Assembly (NCBI GenBank): GCA_963789065.1
Contig: CAWBKA010000025.1
Coordinates: 13,211-77,210 of the forward strand
Reading direction: 5' to 3'
DNA from: an uncultured Verrucomicrobiae bacterium
GTDB lineage: Bacteria; Verrucomicrobiota; Verrucomicrobiia; Chthoniobacterales; JAFAMB01
DNA length: 64,000 bases
Made by a program: the position numbers and the translations under genes. Shown here in pieces: positions 20,059 to 30,242 of the stretch. Below the pieces are notes generated by a model. The model was not told the origin of the DNA. It saw only the letters and a program-made list of their open reading frames with translations, and ran no database searches. How positions within the stretch are numbered: the stretch's first letter is position 1; every line of letters starts with the position of its first letter.

Positions 20059-21573
20059 TTAGTGGCCGGTCGCGGTCGCCGCGAGCCGACCTAGATACGC
20101 CTCCACATCGTTCCAGGCGTCGATTTTCGCGGCAAGGGCGACGTAGCCGTCGGGTCGAACGATCCATATGCCTCCGTCGGCGTAGGGTTTTCGCGGCAAA
20201 GGCTCGACAAGATTCGGATATTTCGAGAGCAGCGATCTCGACGCGGGCGAGTCTTCTGCGAACAGCGCAAAGCGCGGCGTGTTACCCGAACCCACCGCCG
20301 GTTCTCCCTCCCGGATCGGCGCCCGCTTGCCGGGTTCCGGGCCGCCGTGCGCATGCGCGGAATGCCCGTTCAACGGACTGTCAGGATAGGCGACATCCAC
20401 CTCCGAAAGGAGGTTTGCCATCGCGTGTTTGACCGGTGCGAAACCAAAAACGAGCGAAGCGACATGATTACGAATCGACTGCTTGATGCCACCCTTCATC
20501 ACGGCCACGGCCGTGGCTTTGCCCGTCGCTTCGAGAACCAGTTTGGCGATTGCGCTGCGCTCCGTACTGTAGCTGCTCAGCAAAGGTTCCGGCCCGCAAA
20601 TACCCCGCGAGACAAGCGCGAGTTTCCACGCCAGATTGCAGGCGTCATGCATCCCAGTATTCATTCCCTGGCCGCCCGCCGGGCTGTGAACATGGGCGGC
20701 GTCTCCGGCGAGGAAAACGCGACCTGATCGATAGTCCGAGACTTTACGTTCGTTGATACTGAAAGAGGAGAGCCAGACGGGATCGCTAGCTTGAATTCCA
20801 CCGGGGCCGCGCACGTCGAGAATTCGCTGCACTTCCTCCATCGTAGGAGCAGGACGATTTCCTTCGCCAATGGAGCCTGACGATTCTCCAACATCGGCAA
20901 TCACCCGGTATCGCGTTCCGTGAAGAGGAAAAATGGCCAGCACTCCCTCCGCATGCCAAAAGATATTGATCGCAGGAGCACCTGCGACGCCGTTCAGATG
21001 AAGATCGGCCAGGATCCAATCACTCAGCAACGTACTGCCGTGGAATTCCATGCCGAGTTGATGACGTACGGTGCTATGGGCGCCATCACAGCCGATCAGC
21101 CACGATGCTTCCGCGGTTTCTTCCCGGCCATCGGGATGGAGGAGTGTGCATGACACTCCGTCGGCGCTCGACTGAAATTGCTTTAATTCCACCTGGCGCT
21201 CCGCCTTTAGGCCAAACGTCGCAAGATGCTCTTCCAGCAGGCGTTCCGTATCGCTTTGCGGAATCATGAGCACGAAATTGTAGGGTGACTCGATGTGAGT
21301 CATTTCAACGTGAGCGATTTCCTCGCGCCCCGAAAGAATATTGACCTTCTCGACTTTAAACCCGGCCTGGATGAACCGCTGAGTGCAGCCGGTGCCCATA
21401 CGGTCGATCAGTTCGAGCGTACGCGCCCAGAGAACGAGCGCCTTGGATTTGTCGGTACGCTCGGTATTTTTGTCGATGAGGCGGACGGACAAGCCGTAAC
21501 GGGCCAGTTCTGAGGCCATCGTCAGTCCAACCGGGCCTGCCCCAGCAATCAGTACATCCGTCTTCATGGTCAA
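20059..21573 (-). CDS. FAD-dependent monooxygenase (PheA/TfdB-like, FAD_binding_3)
   Basis: VLIAGAGPVGL, LIGCDGAHS, RVFLAGDAAHVHSPAGGQGMNTG, IVRPDGYV. Confidence 0.92.
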   Translation of the reverse strand: MTMKTDVLIAGAGPVGLTMASELARYGLSVRLIDKNTERTDKSKALVLWARTLELIDRMGTGCTQRFIQAGFKVEKVNILSGREEIAHVEMTHIESPYNFVLMIPQSDTERLLEEHLATFGLKAERQVELKQFQSSADGVSCTLLHPDGREETAEASWLIGCDGAHSTVRHQLGMEFHGSTLLSDWILADLHLNGVAGAPAINIFWHAEGVLAIFPLHGTRYRVIADVGESSGSIGEGNRPAPTMEEVQRILDVRGPGGIQASDPVWLSSFSINERKVSDYRSGRVFLAGDAAHVHSPAGGQGMNTGMHDACNLAWKLALVSRGICGPEPLLSSYSTERSAIAKLVLEATGKATAVAVMKGGIKQSIRNHVASLVFGFAPVKHAMANLLSEVDVAYPDSPLNGHSAHAHGGPEPGKRAPIREGEPAVGSGNTPRFALFAEDSPASRSLLSKYPNLVEPLPRKPYADGGIWIVRPDGYVALAAKIDAWNDVEAYLGRLAATATGH

Positions 21574-21837
21574 TTTACTCGTCAGCGATCATCGAGATTA
21601 CTTGTCGTCAAGCAACAGAAGCCGGTCCGCTGCGATTGCTAAAGACGCACGGTGGCCTCAGCCAGTTGGTAAGCCAGATGTCTGGAAACGATAACCACAA
21701 GACAAGAAAGCGGCAAGCAGCCACGCGATTTCTTTGGCTGGGATTTTTATCGACCTGCATCATAAGTGGCCAAAAAAAAGGCATACCCAGCCCAGGATTT
21801 ACTCGGATTTACCCTGGGTCTGGAGCTTGGACATTTA

Positions 21838-21985
21838 AGGTTTCCAGCCTGTCTCCGCGTGCGCAAGCGCTACTAACGAATTTTGCCCATTGACCCAGGA
21901 AGACAAGCAGGAGGCTCATGCTACTTTGTCGCGCGCCCTGTCGCGTCACGCCGCCGCCCAGCAACGTAGCATAGGCTTCCAACCT
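21838..21985. repeat. REP family B unit, inverted orientation
   Basis: TTCCAGCCTGTCTCC ... GACAAGCAGGAGGCTCATGCTAC ... GTAGCATAGGCTTCCAACCT. Confidence 0.82.
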
Positions 21986-22137
21986 ATCTCCAGAGTTCCG
22001 GGTGGATCCACCGCTGCGTGTTATGCAGAAAATCGCCGCCGGAAACTTCATGGCTTAAATACCACCATCGGTACTTTGGTTCTATTGTGCGTCCTGGTCT
22101 AGGTTGGTACATTCGAGCTACTACATTTTCCAATCAA

Positions 22138-22704
22138 ATGACAGACCACCTTAGTAAAACTATCATAACACTTCAATGGCACTTCGCCGGTTTGCTAGCA
22201 ATCGGATTTACGTCAGTTTCATTGACACCAGCCAATGCTACTTCCGGAAGCCACATGTCCGCAATGGGCTCCCACGAGCATGGACAGCATGATGAACATT
22301 GTCACTACTCCAACCCTTTTTGGGGTTCATCGTTCCCCTATCATGCTGGCATCTACGACTCGACCTATTCCTACACGCCGACTCGAGAACAACTGACCAG
22401 GGCGAAGCAACAAGTTGAGGCTTATCTGCTCGCGGTAGAAAAGCGCCGAAAGCCTGCGGCTATCCACCGCTATATTTCGGTAGAAACTCTCCGGCCGACA
22501 AAAAAGCAACTTGAAGACTTTGCTAGAAAACAGCCGTCGGGGCGGCGCGTGGAGCCCGCCCAATTGCGTTGTTTAATGGTATTTGATACTCAAACCAGGG
22601 AGTTTGTCGGGTCCGGTTGTTACGTCGTCAGCAGCGAACCGTTGCCCGGAGCGGTCTCAACATTCGAGACCGTCAGCGCTGAGTTTGTTGGTCACGAAAC
22701 GTAG
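22138..22704 (+). CDS. Hypothetical exported protein with a His-rich N-terminal stretch
   Basis: Signal-like segment, HEHGQHDEHCH, C-terminal CLMVFDTQTREFVGSGCYVV. Confidence 0.65.
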   Translation: MTDHLSKTIITLQWHFAGLLAIGFTSVSLTPANATSGSHMSAMGSHEHGQHDEHCHYSNPFWGSSFPYHAGIYDSTYSYTPTREQLTRAKQQVEAYLLAVEKRRKPAAIHRYISVETLRPTKKQLEDFARKQPSGRRVEPAQLRCLMVFDTQTREFVGSGCYVVSSEPLPGAVSTFETVSAEFVGHET

Positions 22705-23056
22705 GAAGGGACAACTTGCGCCAAGGAGCCACTCTTTCGGCGGAACCTATCGCGAACTGACGCCCCATGAACGCATCCGCTAACACGGACAAATTCGACG
22801 ATCCGAACCTGCCCGGAGAAATGCGACGACGATTGCGTTGAAGCAAGTATTTTGCGGAACCGAATTGAACATCACGCAAGAAGGGGTGCCCCAGCGATAT
22901 CAGCGGAGGCTTGCTACCTCGGTTGGCAGGAATCGCTGACACTGTTGGCGAACCTTGTTGAGGCGGAAATTCCCGACCAGCCATGAAGCCGCCCGTGGCA
23001 TAAATATTCTTGCGGAGCATGATTGGAATGAAAACCCCTTTCAATCGCTTTCCCCT

Positions 23057-23431
23057 ATGCCACAGATCATCAAACAACCCACCCGCATCCAAGCTCACGG
23101 CAAGTTGCCAAAGACAATCGAGGAGTTCATAGGCCGCGCTAATTCCCAAACGCCGGCGGTGAGCATCGCACGGATGGTTAGCCCGTCAGGATGGAACGAG
23201 CCGGGACAGACACCCGATTTCGATGAGTTCACCGTGGTGCTTCGCGGGCAGGTCCAGGTCGAGACCCGCGACGGCACGCATCTGCTTAACGCGGGTCAGG
23301 CCGTCATTGTCAGGTGCGGAGAGTGGGTTCGCTACAGCACGCCCAGCACAGATGGCGCGGAATATATCGCCGTGTGTTTGCCGGCCTTTTCACCGCAGGC
23401 AGCCCATCGAGATACCCATGAAGTCGCCTAA
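23057..23431 (+). CDS. Cupin-domain protein
   Basis: KTIEEFIGR, WNEPGQTPDFDEFTVVLRG, GEWVRYSTP, YIAVCLPAFSP. Confidence 0.9.
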   Translation: MPQIIKQPTRIQAHGKLPKTIEEFIGRANSQTPAVSIARMVSPSGWNEPGQTPDFDEFTVVLRGQVQVETRDGTHLLNAGQAVIVRCGEWVRYSTPSTDGAEYIAVCLPAFSPQAAHRDTHEVA

Positions 23432-23471
23432 CCAGAGCATCTCGCACCCGCCATACGGGCCCGAAGGGGGC

Positions 23472-23703
23472 ATAAGCGCTAAGATAATCTGAGGCACTTC
23501 AAATGGCTTTTGTCCCGGAGGGACAGGCTGATAGTAGCCAGGTACGAAGTGCCTGGGTAGCGATGCAGAGAGGCCCCGTCCCGGAGGGACGGGGCTATTT
23601 TCCTCGTGATTGCAGGCACTTCGTGCCCGGCTACTATCGTGCCGTCCCTCCGGGACGAAAACCATCCGCCCGTCCAAGCGCCTCGCATTATCCTAGCGCT
23701 TAT
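23472..23703. mobile_element. MITE-like unit with 17-bp terminal IRs, carrying REP family C (GTCCCGGAGGGAC) and flanked by CCCGAAGGGG direct repeats
   Basis: ATAAGCGCTAAGATAAT ... ATTATCCTAGCGCTTAT; CCCGAAGGGG at 23460-23469 and 23705-23714. Confidence 0.7.
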
Positions 23704-23941
23704 TCCCGAAGGGGAGGGTCTCGAACATTGATATTTCTTACGCGTTGGATAGGCCAGCCATTTGGTTCCATCGATCGCGGTTTTCTTGGTAGTCCATCCA
23801 CGAATTGATGGGACGGACCGCTGAGATTTTACCTAATTTTTTACAAACGGTAATACAATCCCTACGGCGATGCCATGGATACGGAACCTACAGAGGTAAC
23901 GGCACTGCTGCGACGCCAACGTACGTTCCGCCGCAATTTCA

Positions 23942-26206
23942 TCAGCTGCGGTAATCGCCACTCTGAAAGAACTCGTAGACGACTTTGTAGTTAGTCATGA
24001 GGTATTCAGGATCGGTGAGCCACAGGCCATAGGCCTCGGCATAGAACTCCTCCGGCTTGAGGCGCCAGTTCTGTTCGGAATATTCAGTGAAGCGATTGAT
24101 CTTGTTCTTGGTGACCAAGTCGACGAATTTCTGCACCCGCAGCGTACGCCGTTGCGCTCCCGCCAGCGCCCTCTCTGCCTCGAGCCAGGTATCCTGCGCG
24201 GTCTCTACCGGCGCGAGAATCGTAAGCGCGGCGTGCGCGGGAAAAGCCTTGGAGAGCGCATCGCGGGCGATTTGGCGGGTCTCCGTTTGCGCCAAGACCG
24301 TTGTCTCGAGCCGGGTGGTGCCCCCGGTCGTAGCCGCCGCATTGGTGGCGAAGGTGGTTATCGCCGTGGCGGTATCCTCGACCGACTTCACGTACGCCGC
24401 GCTGCTGGTCACATCCGGTCCGGACATGGTCTTCAGGGTTGCTCGGGCAGCTTTCAATGCGGCATTGGCCGCATTCTTTTCCCTTGCTGCGTCCGCCTTG
24501 AAGGGCGCAACGACGGCCGGCGCCACGCGCGTCTTGGCAACCGCGGCCTCCTTGGTCTTTTCCGCCGCTTCCGCCTTCTTGTTTTCTTCGCTTCGAGCCT
24601 GGTTCACTTTCAGCAGCGCGTCCATCGTCTTGTTCAAGGCCAGGAGCTGCGTGGCGAGAGAATTCTCCAGCTTCGTATCACCGGCTTTCTTGGCGGCCTC
24701 ATATTGCTTATACAGAGCGTCGTAGTCGCCGGCCGCTTTCTTGTAGGCGGCGGCGCTTTCGTTGAGGGCAATACCTCTCTTGTTGCTTTCGATGATTGCC
24801 TCATCGTAAGCCGCGTCGGCGGGGCGGTAGACCGCCGTCTCCACCGCATGGCCGACTTCGTGCAAGATAGTGTGAAAGCTCACCGGAAAGGTCGCAGGCA
24901 TCCCTTTCACCTTGCCGCCGACGAAGCGCGGGGTCGTTGCCGGGAACGCGCGATCGGAGAGCTTAAGCGATGGGGTCTCGGTGATCTTCGTGGCCATTTT
25001 AGCGACGCCCCCTCCCCCAGAGAACACGGCGATGCCGTTGTCCGGGAGCGTTTGCACCCGGATCAATTCCACGCCCTTAAGCGCCGGCTTATCCAGCTTC
25101 GGTAACAACGCGAGCGCGGCCACCACGTCACTGATTTCCGCGTCTGACCACTTGGCCGTCCCATCATCCCGGACCGAAAGGAGTTTGTAGTCGTCCTTCA
25201 ATTGGGTAGACCCCGCGGCGACGGTGATCTGCGACGGCTTGGGAACTGGGCCGACAGCGACCAGTTCAACGCTGGCCACCCCTTGATCGTCGATACGTAC
25301 AGTGACACGTCCCTGCGGCTCCGGATCGCCCGCCTTGGCGGGCCACCCAATCGCGGTCACCAGGTCAGCTTCGGTGCCCCATCGGGTCTTCTCGGCCAGG
25401 TTCCAGAGCGCATAGAGCAAAAAAATCTCCTCCGTGCTGTCGGCGGTCACCCCGGTGGCGGTGGCGCTCTTGATCTCGCCGGCGTCGATCTTCTTCTTCA
25501 AATCGAGCTTGATATTCGCCAACGTGAGGCCAGCGGGTGGCGGCTTGAGTTTGTGCGCTCTGAAGTCATACTTGAGCGGCATCGGTGCGGAAGTCGGCGG
25601 CGTGGCAGGTGGCTGTTTGCCGCTTTTGGTCCCATCATCTCGCTGAATCGAACCGAATGGAGCCCAGCCGCTCACGACCACCGGATCACCACGCGCGGCC
25701 AGATGGCCTTGTTGGCGGGCCTCATGCTCCAGCAAACGGTCCCGGGTAATCGCGCGCTCACCGCTCCATCCGCTGGCCTGGCCGCGGCGCTGCTGCACGA
25801 CATGCGTCAACTCGTGCCCGATGAGGGCGTCGCCGGCTGGCGTACCAGGTCGATAGTGCCCAGGCGCAAAGTGGAGATCGCTGCCCTGCGCCAGCGCGAC
25901 GGCCCCGACCGTCGATGGGCCAGGGCCTTGGTGAATTCGAACTTTCGCGAAATCTTCCCCGAAGGAGCGCCCCATGCGAGCGAGCAGGGGCTGCGGGAGC
26001 GGCGCCGGCGAGTCAAAGATCCGAATGTTCGCGAAGTCAAAACCCGCAGCAGACCCGGAGGAACCGATGGTCACCGTCGCGGCAGCGCGGGCCGCAGCAG
26101 CGCCTAAAGGGCTGTCCGTCCCTGCGAGAACCGTCTGCTTGTCCGGGGGGTCGGGCGAGCGCGTTCTCTCGCGCGGAGCCATGATTCGTGTCATCTCGGG
26201 AACCAA
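23942..26206 (-). CDS. DUF4157 (eCIS core) protein with C-terminal gluzincin-like zinc metallopeptidase interrupted by a long helical insert
   Basis: MGRSFGEDFAKVRIH...ALIGHELTHVVQQ; second motif ILHEVGH; distal TEYS...PEEFYAEAY. Confidence 0.82.
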   Translation of the reverse strand: MVPEMTRIMAPRERTRSPDPPDKQTVLAGTDSPLGAAAARAAATVTIGSSGSAAGFDFANIRIFDSPAPLPQPLLARMGRSFGEDFAKVRIHQGPGPSTVGAVALAQGSDLHFAPGHYRPGTPAGDALIGHELTHVVQQRRGQASGWSGERAITRDRLLEHEARQQGHLAARGDPVVVSGWAPFGSIQRDDGTKSGKQPPATPPTSAPMPLKYDFRAHKLKPPPAGLTLANIKLDLKKKIDAGEIKSATATGVTADSTEEIFLLYALWNLAEKTRWGTEADLVTAIGWPAKAGDPEPQGRVTVRIDDQGVASVELVAVGPVPKPSQITVAAGSTQLKDDYKLLSVRDDGTAKWSDAEISDVVAALALLPKLDKPALKGVELIRVQTLPDNGIAVFSGGGGVAKMATKITETPSLKLSDRAFPATTPRFVGGKVKGMPATFPVSFHTILHEVGHAVETAVYRPADAAYDEAIIESNKRGIALNESAAAYKKAAGDYDALYKQYEAAKKAGDTKLENSLATQLLALNKTMDALLKVNQARSEENKKAEAAEKTKEAAVAKTRVAPAVVAPFKADAAREKNAANAALKAARATLKTMSGPDVTSSAAYVKSVEDTATAITTFATNAAATTGGTTRLETTVLAQTETRQIARDALSKAFPAHAALTILAPVETAQDTWLEAERALAGAQRRTLRVQKFVDLVTKNKINRFTEYSEQNWRLKPEEFYAEAYGLWLTDPEYLMTNYKVVYEFFQSGDYRS

Positions 26207-26226
26207 TTCCTAGTTCGTAGCCGATA

Positions 26227-28113
26227 TCATTTCCCGCTCAGGACATCAGCGGCAGAAGGGATGTTGGCCAAGTGAAGCCTCCGCGCTTCGATCGCTGCCT
26301 TACCTTGCCTGTCGTCCCCATCCACGAGGGACTTGTATCCATACAACGCCGCCAACATGCTGAGGGCGCGCTGATCGGGCGAGGTCAGCCCAATCAAACT
26401 CGGGCAGATGCGCAGGTCTCCCGCGGCGTACCAATACGCCACGTTGTGATCGCCGCAGCGACCACCTCCATCCGGTATGCACTTGAAAGAGAAGTCCGAC
26501 TTCAGTTCCGTATCCAGCGTTTTGTAGGCCCTGGAAAACTCATGCCGGGCGGGAGTATGCAGAGCCGCCTGGTGATTCCACATCCGTGCCTTCGTGATGG
26601 CGTCGGAGATGATGGGGATCCACTCATTTGGGCATTCTCGTAGACTATCTGAGATGAAGCCGTGCGCTGGACTGAATCCCGTCGCGACCTCACGGGCAAA
26701 CATCGCGTAAGACTCGGCATTGGTCAGCGCCTGGCCTGTCGTCAGATACGCGTAATAGGCGTCCCATTGATATCCGCGATCGACAATCTGTTGCTGCGCA
26801 CTCAGGCCCAACTGGGTGTGCCCGAACTCGTGGATGATCGTGCTGGCACGATCCTCCACCTTTCGTTCGAAAAAGGGACGGCAAAGGTTGATTTCATTGG
26901 GATTCCCCTCCGGTACAACTGCCGCGTATTCTTCGCTTCCCCTCCTGGTCCCGCAGGCCGGATCGCTGGCCGGCGGACAATTCACCCGGAAATTCCGACG
27001 GCCGAAGATGTCGTTCTGGATTGTCTCCAGGCGGTCCCTCACGTATCTGACGACGGCAGCGTCCAGGGAATGGAAATGCTTACTGAGCGCTGCTGCCGCC
27101 GTTTGCGCCGGTATCGTCTTCGCGCCGCTGAGGAACCCCTCTATGGCGGGAATCGTACGCGAAAGCCACTCGTTGGCCAGGTAGGCCGCCGGCTCGATCT
27201 TTCTGTGCTGATCCAGGTCGCAAGTCGCGCCCGGGTCGGCTTTCACTTCAGGCTCGCGCTGGACCACGGCTTCCGCGGTTCTCCTTTGCACGGGAACTCC
27301 GGAAATTCGCCTGACACTCGACCCTTGGCTTTGCTGGATCACATGGGTGAGCTCGTGCGCCAGAAGAGTGCGGCCCTTGGTGGTGTGAGGTGCAAACTGA
27401 GCAGCCCCGAACACGACATCCTTTCCTACGGTGTAGGCCAGAGCATTCACCGCCTGCGCCGCCGCCGACGCTTGCGCGTCGCTGTGAATTCTTACCCGGC
27501 TGAAGTCATAACCGAAGCGCGGCTCAAAAAACGCCCGGGTGGTCGGATTCAGCGGCCGCCCAGGTGAGCGAACGACCTCGCGGACAAGCGCCGGCGCGGC
27601 TGTCCCACCTAAGCGCGGCCGCCCCGCCACCCTCCTTCCGAGAAAGCTTTTCGGGCGCCTCCTCATCCTTCTCTTTCTTCTCCGCATCGGAGCACGACTG
27701 GCATTGCGCTGGACAGTCTGCTTCTCTTCTTCGTCGGTGCAGGTTTGACACTTTCGCTGCACGACCTCGCCGCTCGCCGAGGAAGACATGGACGCCGGAT
27801 CGGCCATATGCATTATCCGGGAGGCTAGCTGATCGGCTTCGCGCTCTAAAAGATCATTCGCCGCACCCACTTCCAGCTTGGTCTGGATCGGCCGCGGCGA
27901 CGAAACCCGTGCGATCGCCTGCGGCAGAAGCGAGGATGGCTGCTCTCCGAGCACAGGCTGGCGCACCTCGCCAACATCGAACGGAGCGGGGGCAAGATGG
28001 GGCTGGCGTGTCTTCTGCTGAACTGTTGGCTGATGCCCAGATGAACCGTGGGCATTTCGGTCATTCGATGTCCGGGTTGCGATTTCCTGAGCTACGACAG
28101 CGCGCAAGGCCAT
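26227..28113 (-). CDS. DUF4157 (eCIS core) protein with M35/lysine-specific metalloendopeptidase-like domain (ORF extends to 28242)
   Basis: IQTKLEVGAANDLLEREAD, QRKCQTC, FFEPRFGYDFSRVRIH...LLAHELTHVIQQ; INLCRPFF, IIHEFGH, DRGY, ALTNAESY. Confidence 0.85.
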   Translation of the reverse strand: MALRAVVAQEIATRTSNDRNAHGSSGHQPTVQQKTRQPHLAPAPFDVGEVRQPVLGEQPSSLLPQAIARVSSPRPIQTKLEVGAANDLLEREADQLASRIMHMADPASMSSSASGEVVQRKCQTCTDEEEKQTVQRNASRAPMRRRKRRMRRRPKSFLGRRVAGRPRLGGTAAPALVREVVRSPGRPLNPTTRAFFEPRFGYDFSRVRIHSDAQASAAAQAVNALAYTVGKDVVFGAAQFAPHTTKGRTLLAHELTHVIQQSQGSSVRRISGVPVQRRTAEAVVQREPEVKADPGATCDLDQHRKIEPAAYLANEWLSRTIPAIEGFLSGAKTIPAQTAAAALSKHFHSLDAAVVRYVRDRLETIQNDIFGRRNFRVNCPPASDPACGTRRGSEEYAAVVPEGNPNEINLCRPFFERKVEDRASTIIHEFGHTQLGLSAQQQIVDRGYQWDAYYAYLTTGQALTNAESYAMFAREVATGFSPAHGFISDSLRECPNEWIPIISDAITKARMWNHQAALHTPARHEFSRAYKTLDTELKSDFSFKCIPDGGGRCGDHNVAYWYAAGDLRICPSLIGLTSPDQRALSMLAALYGYKSLVDGDDRQGKAAIEARRLHLANIPSAADVLSGK

Positions 28114-28240
28114 ACTGGCTCCATGGCTCCAAGTAAGGTTACTTCGGACGAGGCTAGTGCGTTCCCACTGGTTTTTCCAGAGATAGTTGAGGATAAATTG
28201 CCTGCAAAATCGATCGAAAAAGTCTTCCCTTGCGTAGGCC

Positions 28241-28908
28241 ATGAAAGCATCGCGTCAGCCGCGCCAGTGGCTCAGCGCCGCTCTGCTGGCCGGCCTTAGG
28301 TCATGGCGGCAGCCGGCGCGCTCTTCGTCTATCTCGCCGACGAGGTCGGCGAGCAGAGATGGCTAACGAACCTTGACTCGATGGTCGCGCAGTTTTTTCA
28401 TCGCCATGGCACCCCCTGGTCGGTGCAGGCGTTCGAGGGCGTCACGTTTTTTGGCAACGCGTCTACCCTGACCGTGCTCGGCGTGGCCGTTGCGCTTGTG
28501 CTGGGTGCGTTCCGCCGCTGGTCGCTGCTATTGGGTTGGGCAGCGGCACTCGTCGGCACCGGGTTCCTGAACACGACCTTAAAAGGGATTGTTCGACGCC
28601 TCCGACCCAACCTGTCGGAGCCGTGGGTCACCGAGCCCGGCTGGAGTTTTCCGAGCGGTCATGCGATGGGTTCCTTTGTTGCTTACGGGTTTTTGGCTTA
28701 CCTGCTCACTCGCATTACCCCAGCCGATTTCCCGCGCCGGACAGGGATCGCGCTCCTTGCCGGCCTCGTTTTGCTGATCGGTTTCAGCCGAATCTACCTG
28801 GGCGTTCATTTCCTGAGCGATGTAATCGGCGGGTACGCGGCAGCCGCCGTCTGGCTCAGCTTTTGCATCCTGATGACCCGCCGAACGCAAGGCAGTGGTA
28901 AACCTTGA
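28241..28908 (+). CDS. PAP2-family membrane phosphatase (likely start 28241, frameshift just before 28303)
   Basis: KGIVRRLRP, SFPSGH, SRIYLGVHFLSDV. Confidence 0.9.
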
Positions 28909-28987
28909 ACCTTCGGCTCGGTTGCGCACCGGACCGCAAAACCCGGCAACAGCGTCTTAGCCCGAGGGAGAGTGTTTTGCGATGCAT

Positions 28988-30242
28988 CTAGGGACGTACG
29001 CGTTTAATGAATTCCGCGGTGACTCGATCCACCCTTCCTCTTTCCCTTGGCGTCGATCAATGTTCTCCGTGAGCCAGAAAAGAAATGCTTTTGGAACATC
29101 GTCACGGCAAATTCGGTGCGCGCATCATAATTTCCATCGAGCGGCGCAAAATAGCCGATCTCCCGAAGGTCCGTCTGTAGTTCACGGATCGGATTGCCGG
29201 TCACCGTTTCCGAGGGCGCGGCGCCTGCGACGGGCGGAGTCGCTGGCCATGGCTTGCCTCCACCCCAGACGCGCAGGCTGTCGCGGTCGCCTATCAGCAA
29301 GTGACTGCCTGGGCGCAGGAGAAAAAAACCGCCATAGGCTTTGTCGAGAGACATCGCGCCTCCGTTCGGCACCATGCCCAATCCGAATTTCTCCAAAGCC
29401 GCCCAATCAAATTCCAGACCGGGGCAGTCTCGGTCAATCAAGAGAACGTCGGTATGACCAACGATGCGGTGGCGCTTAATGGATGGATAAGCATTTAACA
29501 ATTGTTCGAGAAGGCCCATCAACGCGCTGATTTGCACATCTGGCCAAGGGGTTTTGGCTTTATGAGACAACTCGATGCCAATCGCGAAATTATTGACGTC
29601 CGCTTCTCCCCACCACGTTTGCCCGGGCCCGCCGGCATGCCATGCCCGGCTGGTATCTTGAACGACTTTGACGACCTGCGGGTTGGCTTCCGCGCTGATA
29701 ACATAATTAGAACTCACGTTGTCGTTTGGGTTGGCTTGTTGCTGTTCGAACCAGTTTAGCGTCCCCCCGATGTTCGTGCTTCCAGCTGTTTGATGGACGA
29801 CAATAAGTGTGATCTTCTCGTGCGTTCTGAAATTCGGGTTCTGATGGGGCGACCGGTGATACATCGGCTGCAACAAAACGCGGACCGGATTCGTTCCCGC
29901 CAAGACGGTCCCTCGGCTCTGCTGGCCTGGCAGCGGGAACGCGGTCTGTACCTTTCCCTTGAGAACGGTGATGCCCAATTCCAACGACCGAAACATTCTT
30001 GTCACCGACACGGCCAGATCTTCGGCTATGTCAGGACCTACCTGGAGATCGCTGGTGTAGCGAGGCGTGATACGAATCACATGACTCCCGTCGCTCAGGC
30101 CTTCAGTAATAACAGTGACTAAACCGTTGCCGGCGGTGCGGGGCGTTTTCGCGTCTTCGTTGTCATGATCGAAGGTAATGGCAGCCCCTACAACAGGATC
30201 CCCCGAAACGTACCGATTCATTACCTGGATCTGGGTTGGCAT
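28988..30242 (-). CDS. N-acetylmuramoyl-L-alanine amidase (Amidase_2) with N-terminal beta-rich domain and C-terminal peptidoglycan-binding domain (called ORF stops at 29004; shifted frame ends at 28988)
   Basis: IVVHQTAG, VSSNYVI, RAWHAG, NNFAIGIEL, IVGHTDV...CPG; ELQTDLREIGY...DGNYDARTEFAVTMFQKHF. Confidence 0.87.

Noticed and set aside
24057-27567. Long plus-strand ORFs (222-317 aa) opposite the DUF4157 genes
   Set aside because: GC-rich antisense shadow ORFs with no recognisable motifs.
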